Source: Squalus acanthias
Lineage: Eukaryota
Length of the DNA: 64,000 nt
Assembly (NCBI GenBank): GCA_030390025.1
Contig: CM059434.1
Location: 96,472,001-96,536,000, forward strand
Direction of reading: 5' to 3'
In this document: positions 25,120-37,030 of the stretch, in pieces
Numbering within the stretch: the first letter of the stretch is position 1
How the letters are laid out: each line of letters opens with the position of its first letter
Program-made: the position numbers and the translations under genes
The notes under the pieces: model-generated
What the model was told of the DNA's origin: nothing
The model's database searches: none
Seen by the model: the letters and a program-made list of their open reading frames with translations, nothing else

Positions 25120-28073
25120 TTAGTGTCTTAATGAGCACTGAGCATTGAAACTAATGACTGGATAATTCATATAGTTACAGAATCCATAAAGGTACAAGTT
25201 TCAAAATTATATTTTAACCATTCTCAGAACAGAAAAGATTATGAATCAGCTGCTTTGAGAATTCATTCAAAATGAAATCAAATACAACTAAAGATCAACA
25301 AATGTCAATGCTGAGCCTTTGTGCTCCTTATGCAAAGATTTCAATTGATCACATTTTGCATGTTTTAATACTCTTAGGATGCAAAAGCAAAGCATAAGCC
25401 AGTTTTACTATCGACCCTAGGTACACAAAACAGGCATTTATTAGCCCCACTTAAATGCATCAACTCCTGCATGCTTCAGAAATGGTATAGCTATACGGTG
25501 CCAGAATATCAGCAAGGTATACTTCTTCCATTTCTTGTGTAACAGAGGAGTTTGTTTTAATAAACAGGGTCATGATTAGAAGTAAATCATTATAATTTTC
25601 CTCTTGGTCGTTCTGATTTTGGGTCTCTGATGGAAAAGTCAAGCCGATATCCAATTTCTTCTGGTGCAGGTGTGACTGCACAACCATATTCTCAAATGAT
25701 GTAGTATGTGTGATGAGGGCATGGTTGTGTCCTTGTTCATCGGGATACTCATGCACTAACTTGTGTGATTGGCATTTGAATTTTAGATATGTAATTACTA
25801 CAAAACAGGCCCCTTCTTTCCAAAAATGAACAGGTGATTGTGTTGAAATTACAGTATGTAGAGAACACAGTTGGAATTACAGTGGTCAGGGAATTACAAT
25901 ATATGGATGAAACTGTATACTCACTGTATGCTAAAATCTTTGTGAAATGAAGTACACAAGAGCTTTGAAGCCCACTTTGCTCTTAGGCTGGTTTGTCACA
26001 TTGGCTGCCATATCTCTACAACTGTTGCAATGTTACAGGTCCCAAAGCATCCTGATACATACTGACACACTAACCAAATGCCACTTAACCTTGTTGCTGG
26101 TTTCTTGACTGAAATGTTTCAGAAGGATATCAGAGTGTTTCTTAAAGCAGATGCCTGACTACAAATGTCCCAGATTTTCTGTGAATGACTGCCTGTGATG
26201 TCAGCCTACATGGAAAATGACAATCATAGGGGACTCAGGGAAATAGCCTTCAATGAGGTCCCCAGTATTTAAATGTAGAATGCTATGACCACAAAGAGAG
26301 AGTGACAAGAGAACATGTCACAAGAACAAGACTGAAGAGGAAAGGGAAGACTGGCCTGGAGGGCTAACTTCACCATGTAAGCTTACTTGCCTTATAAAGT
26401 AAGTTACAACACAAGTTTAAATGCTTCCAGTTTTGTTTTAAGGGTATACATTTTGTAACGATGATGGGATTATGTGAAAATAGAGAATGCATTCATGATG
26501 TAACCTTATGTACATAGTCTTTTTGAGTAAAAGAGTGTTATCCTGTATTATATTCTATAAACATATATACACTGACAAAGAAACAAACTAATATAAGTCA
26601 ACCTTCTTTGAAGTGCACTTTTGAAACATTTTGCCAGGTGATTAATATTACATCACTTCCTTTGTTCCCAGGGTGTCTCTGGGACAAAGATTTGCATTTA
26701 TTTACTCCCTACAGTCCCAATCTATGGCATTATTTCCTTTTGAAAAATACTTTCAAATAAAAAGCACTTCAGATCTCTAGGGTGCGGAATTATTAGAACC
26801 GAATAGGCTTGATGGGTCTAATGTGCATTAAGCTGCTATACAAGTAATCAATTCACCTTTGTAAAACTGAATGTTTCTGTTTATTCTGCTCCTACATTGT
26901 GTGAAGTGCAAAAGTTGATTCTCAATTGTGCGTCACAATTCAGGTTGTTTTTTTGTTATTCTCTCTGAAAATGAATTAACACTAACACATAATTATACCT
27001 CATGCATACAAAAGGAATATATGGTGATATCCGTGATGAGGAGCAAAAACTAGAATGTGTGTGTTTCACCAGATTTTTAAATGTGTGCTATGCATGTAAT
27101 TACGCTACGTCCGAGTTTCCTCGCTCTTTTACGTCCGTCTGTCGATTCCTGCCCCCGAATGTATCTCAGCTCATTATAATGGCTCTGCTGCAGGCTAAAG
27201 AGCCATACACAAGTGTTCAAAACAAGTCTTAAATTAAGCCCAGAATTTTAGGTGCTGCAGGAAACAGTCAATTTTCTGGTGTTTTATTGCTACTTTTGAG
27301 CGATTTTTTAAATTTATCTGCACTGAAACCTGTATTTTCTGTTCCTTTGAATGCATTTTGATGGCATAAGTCACATTAAAAATTGAAAAGCTTCCATGAT
27401 TGTGTGTTCTTAAACATGCTGTGCCTAATATGTGAATGATAGTTGGTGGCTTGAAACTTTAATTTTCATACTTGAAGAAGGAATATATGTTGTGAGTTTG
27501 GCGCTGTCCACGGGCCCCGAATGTTTACCACTTATGTACGCCCATTTTTAGGTTCTGATGTTAATGAGATTGGCAGGAAATTTGGGTGCAAATAGACATC
27601 GGCACATGACTGAGCGTAATTTTGGGTGTTACTTCCTGATTGCACCCCCACAGGAAATTCCACGCCCTATAATTTTATTTTACTTTGAATCAAAAAAAGT
27701 AAATCCTACCCAAAGGCCTTTTAACTGTGTTTTTACAGGTGGATTTAAAAAAGTGCTTTAAAAAAAATAGTAACCATTATGGGGATGGTCATTCCAATGA
27801 CTGGTCTCATCCACCTCTTTGGTCTTACAGGGCTAGATACAGGGACACATCTAACTTAAGAAATAGGATTCGAACATAAGGAGGTGTGAATACACAACTG
27901 CAACGCCCATACCTTTCCAAGATGGCAGGCCTCGAGTATAGCTAGCAGCAGCTTTGTTCACATACGTCAACTGCAATTTTTTAAAAACAGGGTGGGATTT
28001 TGGTGACAAAAACTACTTTTAGCAAGACAACACCTTCATTTTCTGTAATGAGTTCTGCAAAGGTTAGGCAGTT

Positions 28074-29197
28074 TCCCGTTTGTTCTGTAGATTAGCTCCA
28101 CCCTGCTGGAGTGGAGCTAATCTACAGAACAAACGGGAAACTGTTCAATCTCCGTCGCCTCCAGTCCAGATCCAAGGTCGTCCCATCCTCTGTCATCGAA
28201 TTACAGTATGCAGACGATGCTTGCGTCTGCGCACACTCGGAAGTCAAACTCCAAACCATCGTCAACACCTTCACTGAAGCGTACGAGAGTATGGGCCTTA
28301 CATTAAACATCTGTAAGACAAAGGTCCTCTACCAACCTGCCCCCGCCACACAGTACTGCCCCCCGATTATCAAAATCCACGACGAGGCCTTGGACAATGT
28401 GGACCACTTTCCATACCTCGGGAGCCTATTGTCAACAAGGGCAGACGTTGATGATGAAGTCCAACACCGCCTTCAGTGTGCCAGTGCAGCCTTCGGTCGC
28501 CTGAGGAAGAAAGTGTTTGAAGACCAGGACCTCAAACCCAGCACTAAGCTCATGGTCTACAGAGCAGTAGTGATACCCGCCCTCCTGTATGCTTCAGAGA
28601 CATGGACCATGTACAGCAGGCACCTCAAAGCACTGGAGAGGTACCACCAACGCTGCCTCCGCAAGATCCTGCAAATCCATTGGCAGGATAGGTCCACCAA
28701 CGTCAGTGTTCTCGCTCAGGCCAACATCTCCAGCATCGAAGCTCTGACAACGCTCGATCAGCTCCGACGGACGGGCCACATCGTCTGCATGCCTGATATG
28801 AGACTCCCAAAACAAGTGCTCTACTTGGAGCTCCGACACGGCAAGAGAGCCCCAGGTGGGCAGAGGAAACGCTTCAAGGACACCCTCAAAGCCTCCTTGA
28901 AGAAGTGCAACATCCCTACCGACACCTGGGAATCTCTGGCCCAAGACTGCACAAAGTGGAGGAGAAGCATCCGGGAAGGCGCCAAACACCTCAAGTCTCT
29001 TTGCCGGGAGCAAGTGGAAGCCAAGCGCAAACAGCGGAAGGCACGCACGTCAACCCAAGCACCCCACCCACCGTCTGCCCCACCTGTGACAGAGACTGTA
29101 GGTCCCGCATTAGGACTCATCAGTCACCTGAGAACTCATTTTTAGTGTGGAAGCAAGTCATCCTCGGTTCCGAGGGACTGCCTAAGAAGGCGGCGGC
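28074..29197 (+). mobile_element. 5'-truncated RTE-clade LINE with a mostly open RT C-terminal ORF (28111-29145)
   Basis: 344-aa ORF with ELQYADD, GLTLNICKTKV and FPYLGS motifs; RTE-type 3' end GAGGGACTGCCTAAGAAG; GGCAGTT duplicated at 28067-28073 and 29198-29204. Confidence 0.93.
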
Positions 29198-29806
29198 GGC
29201 AGTTATTGCATTTGTACTTCACCCCCATCCTACATAACTATGTCCGACACCATGAAATAAAAGTTAAGATACATACTGTGGGGAGGCACCGAGTAGAGGC
29301 CAGGTGCTTCCCGACAGAATGAGAAGGAAAATCTTGGGTATTTTGTTCATTGTAAGCAGCTGTCCTTTTTAAGTGGTTGTATGATTTTTCTCTCACACTT
29401 TATTCACTGTGTCTACAAGTAGTAGCTCAACTACAAAGCAGAGATAAAATGGAATCTTAGAGGAACCACATAACAAACTTCACCCTGGGTGCTGGGATCT
29501 GCTAGAGTTTCAGCCCCAGCTGCAGGGTGGAGTGCTGCTCCGACAGCTGATCATCCTGATGGGCTGTATCTCATCCTGGTGTTGCAATTCCAAACCAAAT
29601 GAATTACTTCCAAACTGAATCAATAGCCACTAACCAATGAAAGTGGCATTGGTGTTTGTTGTAATCATTAGATTTGCTATTGAACTCTGAGGGCTCGATT
29701 TTGCCATTGGGGCGGGCTGGGGGCGTGTCAGCTGGTTTTCGTGTTAGCCACCCGACTCCAATGAGATGTGGGAAAAAATTGCGATTTTCCCCTAATTGGA
29801 CACTTG

Positions 29807-30678
29807 CGGAGAAAAATTCAGTTGGTTGCGCCTCCCGTTAGCGCCTTAAGAGGGCGCTAATGGGGCGCAAAGCATCTAGCGCCCAGGGCGCTGCGATGTT
29901 TGCGCCGCTCGCGAAATTAACGAGACATTTTGCGGCGGCGCTAAATACCGCCACGATCTCCTGCGCAGGCAGATCGTGACGTCAGTCGAGTGTGCAACGC
30001 CCCGGAGCGGATATGGAGTGTCGCCCCCTGCCTTACCGCTAGCAACGACAGGTTGAGGGGAGCGTTTTGCAGTCAGGAAGGGACTGGGGGAGCGCTATTT
30101 AAAGGCGACCGCTTCCTGCCGTTTATTGTTGGTGACATTTTTGAACCACGCATTGAGAGAGAGAGATAGAGAGACTTCTGGAGAGATTCAACGCTGTGTG
30201 AAGGAGTTTTGGGTACTGAGCAGCACTTTGCAGGTTCATTTTGATTTGCCCTTCCTTGTATCGATTTAGAAGAGACTGTGGGGGCTGCACTCTGAGCTCT
30301 TTGCCTGCTACTCTCGATTGTTCTTTCCAGCAGATTTGATGTGCAGGTCTCTCCAGGCCGAGATTCAAGGCTGCAATGAGCAGGATGTGGATGGAAAGCA
30401 AGATCAACCCTCCCCTTAAGAACTGGCCCGCGGCATTGTGTCTGTGTTCCATTGCTGACTGACATCACATGAGCTTCGCCAGCGCTCTGAGTTAGCACCT
30501 CGCTCCTCGGCCTTTGCGCCTTAAGACAGGTGTGAAGCGCTTGATTTAGTGCTCCAATCACCTCCAGGGGCGATAAAAGTCAAGTTTGCTGTCGGTGGCG
30601 ATAATTAGCGCCAGGCGCTAATCTTTGCGCCCAGCCGATAATTGCGCCCCAAATGGGGCGATACTGAATTTCTCCCCC
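29807..30678. mobile_element. MITE nested inside the Harbinger element (TAGCGCC class)
   Basis: TIRs CGGAGAAAAATTCAGT/ACTGAATTTCTCCCCC, TSD TTG/TTG; close inverted copy at 48259-49128. Confidence 0.9.
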
Positions 30679-30845
30679 TTGATTTCCAGCGTGGGAGAAC
30701 CCCTGGCCCAATTAGTCTTTCCATCCTGAAAGTCGCCTCCGATGATGTCATCAATGCTGCTGGATTTAAGGCCTGCAAGCAGCCTTGCTTCTTCTGCAGA
30801 CTACAAACTTCATGCCCATTGCTGTAAGCCCTTATTTCAGCAACG

Positions 30846-32768
30846 ATGTCCAGCAGTAGGCCAAAGTCTGCTCCACGCTTTGATGAAGCCGCCCTGCAAG
30901 CTCTGGTGGAGGGAGCCAGATCCAATAAGGAGTGTGCTCTTCCATTCCTCGAGGAGGAAAAAGCCTCCTCAGCAGACTAAAGCTGTGTGGATGCAAGTGG
31001 CCCAGGAGGTCAATTCTCTGTCTATGTGCTGCAGAACCTGGCTGCAGTGCAGGAAGAGGTTTCATGACCTTCTGCGCACTGGAAAAGTGAGTATGACTTT
31101 CCCATCACCCTCAATCTGATCCCCATCGCCTCTCCTCACCAGCATTCTGCTTTGCCAACCTCTTCCTCCACATCCCACTTGACACCGACATCCCTGCATC
31201 CTTACCCATTCACTTAGCTATACGACTATGCAGCCCTCACACTCCCTATCACTGTTATGCTATGACAATAACTTACAACACACAGGGAGGGCCCTTGGTC
31301 CTGGCAGCTCACTCCATCTTTGTCTCCTTCTAAGCATCTATGCTATGGAATCTCTACACTCACTCCTTCATTTTCACTCAAACTCCACTTGTGTTCCTCA
31401 TTGCAGGAAAAGAGAGCCCACAATAAGAGGGAGAGGGCGAGGACAGGAGGAAGGCCACCCTCAGTAGCCCAGCTCACCCCTGCGGAGGAGGCAGCCCTGG
31501 AGATTGTGGGAGTGGAGGAGGATGCGCAAGTGGGGGACGGACAGACAGGCGCATCACAGCAAGCTGGTGACAGAATAGTTTGGCATCTCTCTCATTGACA
31601 TTGCATGAGTCACTGATAATAAAGCTGATGCTCTAACTGATTGAATAGTGCAGATGATCATAAGTCAATGTTCATGTAACCATGACCTCACATCTCTAAC
31701 TCTATCCTTTACTCCCCCACAGGACCATCCAAAGCCCCCGTCCCCACTGTCCAGGAGGAAGAGCCTGAGCTTCCAGACTCCTCAGAGGAAGCTCCAACCG
31801 CTGAGGGCGCAGCGTCAGCAGAATTCAGAGCACCCAGCACCAGCGCAGACACTCACACCTCGGTGGGACCCTCGTGAGATAGAGTAGTGTTGTCACCTGG
31901 TGTATCACAGCTCACAAGTGAGCATCAGCAGATGGTGGAGAGAGGGACAGCAGTGGAGAGTCCTCGTCGGAGGGCGCAGGACTCTGCCAGCTCGGCTCAG
32001 CTGCATGTTGACCCTGTGCCTCCAGGTCCATCCAGAAGAACAGCGGTGCTGGAACTCCAGGAAGAGGTGCAGGAGTCTCTGGCAGGTTTTGTCTCTAGGG
32101 TAGCTGCGAGTGTGGAGCGAATGGAGGAATCCCTCGCTAACATGAGCAGAGGCTTTGTGGGGGCATTGGCGCATGAATGCAGCACCACGGACAGGATGGC
32201 AACCTCCGTGGAAAGGCTGGCTACGGCCATGGAGGCAGTAAGTCGCTGGAGTGAGGAAAACATGGTGAGTGTTCAGAATAAACTGACATCTCTGGAGGAG
32301 CGATGGTCAGCTATTGAACAGAGAAACCAGAGCTTCATGGAAGTCCTTCTGAGTAGGACTGTCAGTGCAGAGATGGGTCCCCATGGCCCCCCTGATGTGC
32401 AGCAAGGTGCTCTCAAGCCACTTGCAAGCGCTGAGGTGGACCTGACCCATGAGAGGGAAGTTGGTGGCAGACATCAAGGAAGTGGGGGCTCCTCTCCAAG
32501 CGCTCACACTTCCATGCCACTGTAGAGCTCTCGGTCACAGCCCCACCAGAGTCCCCACCCAACTGAGATCGGCGTCTCAACCCCTGCACAGCCACAGGAG
32601 CAGCAGACTGTTGCCGAGCCCTCACAGGCTCGCAACCCCAGAGGACGCCCGCCAAAGGTGTCGAGGCAGGAGCAGCAAGAAAGTGAGCAAGGGGCCTCCA
32701 CATCTGCTGAAGCCACAGGGGAAGCACCACATAGGAGCACGCGTAAAAGAAAAATAATGCACAAGTAG
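30846..32768 (+). pseudogene. Three-exon Harbinger Myb/SANT-like DNA-binding protein gene (exons 30846-31086, 31407-31566, 31723-32768), disrupted
   Basis: Translates as MSSSRPKSAPRFDEAALQALVEG...VWMQVAQEVN...RTWLQCRKRFHDL|EKRAHNKRERARTGG across GT-AG introns, followed by a probable coiled coil, a PRGRPPK AT-hook and a RSTRKRK basic tail. There is one frameshift near 30927 and in-frame stops near 31875 and 32523. Confidence 0.85.
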
Positions 32769-33022
32769 TCACAAGGGTAGTCACTGGGTGTAATGTGTTT
32801 AATCTTGAAATGCCAGCACTTGCTTGGTGTGATAAAAAATTCTGCTGGCAAACTGCTGAAGTTGTGGCGTCTGTCATTTCGCAAATGGGACTTCCACATT
32901 GAGGGCTTAGGATGACTTGCAATTGTCAGTATGTTGGTCAGAGTGATAGGAATCCGCAGGTTCTTGTCCATTGTTGATGGTCTGATAAGCAGGTGAAAGG
33001 CAAAAGTGTTTGATTGTGCAGG

Positions 33023-33244
33023 CTAAGCAAATCTGGTCAAGTGCGTCCCTTGCATCCCGGGCAGCAATGTGGTCGCGCGCTGGCGCCTTCTGGCCTGTGC
33101 AGCTTCAGGTGGGTGAGCAGCAGCTTGGCACTCCTGTTGATACTGCTGCTGCTGGTGGTGCTGTTGTTCATGGTTCTGCTGCTGCCATGGCTGGTCTTCG
33201 TCCGAATCTGATGTCCAGGAGGAAAGGAAATAAATGGTTCCCAT
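33023..33244 (-). pseudogene. Harbinger transposase remnant: N-terminus joined to the extreme C-terminus, DDE core absent
   Basis: An acidic, Q-rich start (MG...SDSDED...QQQ...RRRQR) is followed in a shifted frame by HIAARDARDAL..RFA*, which resembles HARBI1-type transposase C-termini as I recall them. Confidence 0.55.
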
Positions 33245-33959
33245 GCTTCTGGTATATGCCTCAGTTGAGGAAGCTCTCAGTCAAGGTGGCGAGAGGGGTT
33301 TCCCAGGAGGTCACACTGAAGATGGGTGTCAGGCTCCAAACTTCCACAACAATGGGTATGCCTGCTAAAAGTTCCCCCAGACCTGAGACAACAAAGTTCT
33401 GTCACCTGCAAATGAAGATTGCTGAAAACTCCTTTTTAATGGTGGAGCTGCAGCTGTTAGTAAGCAATCCACTTGTGCTGCCGCCAGGTTTCACTGGCGT
33501 GTTTCAGAGGAGGCGTGAAGCACGTGGGAAAAGTGTTAAAATCAGAAAGGCCTCTCAAAATGGGATTATAGAGGCACTTAACTAGTTGTTAAGGGCCTTT
33601 CCCACCTCTTGGAGGCGGGATGGAGACGGGGTCAGAAAACTCGTATGTGGGAAAATTGCTTGGAGGCGGGATCGGGCCCGCCCGCCAGTTTTTGCGATTT
33701 TAACACCTCGCACGCTTCCAATCCCGCCTCCTCAGGCCTGGCAAAATCGAGCCCTAAGGGTTTGGTTTGGGATACAAAGGATTGTCCATTGTAAGTGGTC
33801 ATCTGCAGTATCTGAGTTTAAATAAGTGGAGCTGATTGTATCTTAGATTTAACAACACACAATGGAACTATTTGCAAGAAATCTCCCTTATTAATTGATT
33901 ATAGGGCAAGCAGTTTCACTATTTTTCTTTTTTTCCAAGCACAGGAGCTGAATATTATG

Positions 33960-34207
33960 TGGCCATGCCTTCTGTTGCCTAGGTCCTAAGCTCTGGAATT
34001 CCCTGCCTAAACCTCTCTACCTCTCTCTTGCCTCCTTTAAGACGCTCCTTAAAACCTACCTCTTTGATCAAGCTGTTGGTCACCTCCCCTAATTTCTCCT
34101 TATGGGGCTCGGTGTCAAATCTTTTGTCTTACAACACTCCTGTGAAGCGCCTTGGGACGTTTTACTACGTCAAAGGCGCTATATAAATACAAGTTGTTGT
34201 TGTTGTC
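33960..34207 (+). mobile_element. L2-clade LINE 3' end
   Basis: Contains AF..LGPKLWNSLP-like sequence and the tail aaaggcgctatataaatacaagttgttgttg. Confidence 0.85.
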
Positions 34208-34499
34208 GTCAAGGTGAGGATTGCCAGTGCTGGGCAATTGAACAGTCGACTTTGTCAGTATTGTCCATTGTCAGTACTATGTTCTCCAAGGTCAGGTACA
34301 ATGCAAAGCATCTGCAGAGTAAAACTCCAGCTTCTCTACGCCAACTATGTACCTTAACCCAAACCTCAGAAGAACATTGCATTCTGCACCAGTGTGATTT
34401 TTTTCCATTTCTCACACCATCCATTCTCTGGCCTTTTTGCGTAAGTTGCCAAAATGGTGCCAATTAGCGCTAAATTGCGGGCAATTTTAGGCTGAGAAC

Positions 34500-34640
34500 C
34501 CTAGATACTGGATTGAGACTTATTTCAGGCAAGGTCCTTAAGCCAGCAGGGACAGGAGACTTCTATTTCATCAGTCTCGGCTGAATTCAAACCCCAGTCC
34601 CTGATGTGAAAGGATAGTGTGCTAACCCACTGTGCCAACA
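34500..34640 (-). mobile_element. tRNA-derived SINE head resembling LF-SINE
   Basis: Minus strand reads TGGCACAGTGGGTTAGCAC...CCTTTCACATC...GGGTTTGAATTCAGCC...GTCTCAATCCAGT, with A-box and B-box-like motifs. The LF-SINE similarity is from memory. Confidence 0.5.
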
Positions 34641-35074
34641 TTTTCATTCATTTGAAATATTCCTGAAGCTGTACAGTGACTCTAACAACGAGTTTAATGC
34701 TGTCTCAGAGCTTAGTGTCTGGCAAATGAAGAGTTACGCCCATCACCTATTTCATCTCATTTCAATGTTTGAACATAAAGTGATTCAATTCCATTCAAAT
34801 TCTATCTCAATTCATCGCAGGGTTTTAATTTATTAAAAGCCAACTTAACCCCAAGCCTAACTGTGAAGAAGATGAAGCTCATCAGTTATTATCGCCCAAT
34901 GTAAATGTACAGCAAAGGTGATCAGAGTTCAGAAGAAAAATTAATTGTCAATCACAGATTTAACTAGTATCAAAATACGAGCTGCTTCAGTACTTTTGCA
35001 TACACGGATAAAAAATCATTTAGATGCATATATGCATATCAGAAAAAATGTAAATAATGGAAATTTGAAATTAA

Positions 35075-35720
35075 AATTAGAAAATGCTGGAAGTACAGAC
35101 CAAGTATCTCAGTATCTAGAAAGAGAAAAGATAGGTTAGTATCTTAGGTAGACACCCTTCATTAGAACAGATAGGACCAAAAGACAAGAGTCTGATAAGA
35201 TAACTCCATTACAAAGCAGCAGTTGATGAATTTAATAGTCTGGTAACTGATATTTTAAAAAGCTCAAAAGAGGTGAAAGTGCTGGTCATCTTAGATTGCA
35301 AAAGGTGAGTAAAAGAGCTCAAATGGAGGGGATGAAATGGGATGTGAATGGGAGAGACTGGAAGCAAAATGGAATATACAGCTGAAGATTGTTGATAACA
35401 ACTGAAACCAGAGGCCTGCAGAATTCCCAGGATGGCGATAGGATACTGTACCTGAAGTGCCTGGGGAGCTGGAGTTGAAAGTAGAATTAATGTAGGAGTG
35501 AATTAGAATGTAGCAGAAGGAATAGTCTCTGCATAGAGGTGGTGCTATTTGGACCTTGTAGTAGATTGCAGAAATGGAGAAAGAAGATTTTGAGGATGCA
35601 GGGGCTACTGGGATAGAAGATGAGAACAAAAGAGGACATATTGCTGTAAGAGGAGGGAGAGAGAGTCAGAATGGAGACACAGGAAATGGGGCAGATATGG
35701 CCAAGTGCCTTGTCCAACAC
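35075..35720 (-). mobile_element. Decayed Penelope-like element fragment
   Basis: Penelope-type terminal sequence at 35075-35170 and a PPLCRDYSFCYILIHS remnant in ORF 35291..35629 that resembles the region before the GIY-YIG domain. Confidence 0.55.
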
Positions 35721-36104
35721 CAGTCCATTATATTGTATTCACTGCTTACAATGCAGTCTCCTCTATATAGCATGGGCGAGATGTAGGGTTCAGCTGAATC
35801 TGAACCCAGACATGAAAGGATAATGTTTTATTACACAGATGAAACCAATCCCTTCGATCTCATGTTGTGCATACACTGATAATTTTTGAGGTCTGGGAAT
35901 GCAACTCAAGATAGAAAATAAGCCAACAGTCAATGAAGGAATGAAAGAATGTGGATAAAGATAGGATCAGCTGCTTTTCTCTAACTGCAACTAAAGCTAT
36001 TAGTTATATAATAGGAACATCTTTTTTTGAAGACTTGGGATAATGAAACTTGACTTTAATTTTCAATGAGGTTAATGCAATTATGGCAATGCTCTATTGC
36101 AATA

Positions 36105-36540
36105 ATGACAATTTGCATTTATAGAGCGCCTTTAACGTAGAAAAACGTCCCAAGGCACTTCACAGGAGTGTTATCAGACATTTGACATTGAGCCACCTAA
36201 GGAGCTATTAGGACAGGCGACCAAAAGCTTGGTCAAAGAGATAGGTTCTAAGGAGTGTCTTAAAGGAGGAGAGGTAGAAAGGCAGAGCGGTTTAGGGAGG
36301 GAATTCCAGAGCTTAGGGCCTAGGCAGCTGAAGGCACCGACCACCAATGGTGGAGCGATTAAAATCGGGGATGCGTACAAGGCCAGAAGTGGAGGAGCGC
36401 AGAAATCTCGGAGGGTTGTAGGGCTGGAGGAGGTTACAGAGATAGGGAGGGGTGAGGCCATGGGGGGATTTGAAAACACGGATGAGAATTTTAAAAATTG
36501 AGGCGTTGCCGGACCTGAAGCCAATGGAGGTCAGCGAGCA
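36105..36540 (-). mobile_element. L2-clade LINE 3' fragment
   Basis: ORFs 36313..36705 and 36174..36524 give FKILIRVFKSPHGLTPPYLCNLLQPY...LRSS and AFSCLGPKLWNSLP; L2 tail present. Confidence 0.9.
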
Positions 36541-36859
36541 CATGTATTGTACCATGTCCACTGGTAGACAGGAACCTCTGCTGCAACTACTTCTTCCTCT
36601 CATCCATGCCAGTTTTCTGCTTTCCTCCTCCTGAGGCATTGATTTCTTGCTAAAGTGCTGTTCCATGGACACTGGTACCCTTTCATGCAGATGCCAAGTA
36701 GGCATTATTCAAATGTGAGTCTCAACAGTGAGTATTTTCAGGCTACTTAAACACATGAGCATCCTAGCCATGGTGAAAGTCCCAACAGATTTATCTCTCC
36801 TTGACCCAGGGGCATTGACACCAATTATCGCACCCCAATTACTTCTGCGGCTGAGATTG

Positions 36860-37030
36860 AACAACAACAACTTACATTTACATAGCGCATTTAACTAGTA
36901 AAATGTCCAAAGGCTCTTAACAAGAGCGATATCAATAAAAAACATTTTTGACATCGAACCACAGAAGGAGATATCAGGACAGATGACCAAAAGCTTTATC
37001 AAAGAGGTAGGTTTTAAGGGGCAGCTTAAA
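36860..37030 (-). mobile_element. L2 3' end inserted into an older SINE-like repeat (about 36560-37105)
   Basis: aacaacaacaacttacatttacatagcgc tail; the flanks resemble the repeat family at 37690-37910 and 43560-43720. Confidence 0.7.

Larger units (their letters stand above)
29691..33754. mobile_element. PIF/Harbinger DNA transposon (deletion derivative) with a Myb/SANT gene and a transposase remnant
   Basis: Perfect 16-bp TIRs GGGCTCGATTTTGCCA/TGGCAAAATCGAGCCC, flanks TGA/TAA, and a convergent two-gene layout. Confidence 0.92.

Noticed and set aside
27512-29340. Old MITE interrupted by the RTE insertion
   Set aside because: The left end GGGCCCCGAATGTTT looks like a TIR, but I could not match a right TIR or TSD.
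30073-30561. ORFs shared with 48452-48842 suggesting a conserved small gene
   Set aside because: The similarity comes from two copies of one MITE, and the frames differ around the (CT)n tract.
33010-33585. 191-aa + strand ORF in the Harbinger element
   Set aside because: It is antisense to the transposase remnant and has no domain motifs.
34500-34640. tRNA gene
   Set aside because: Only SINE-type A and B box remnants are present; there is no complete cloverleaf.
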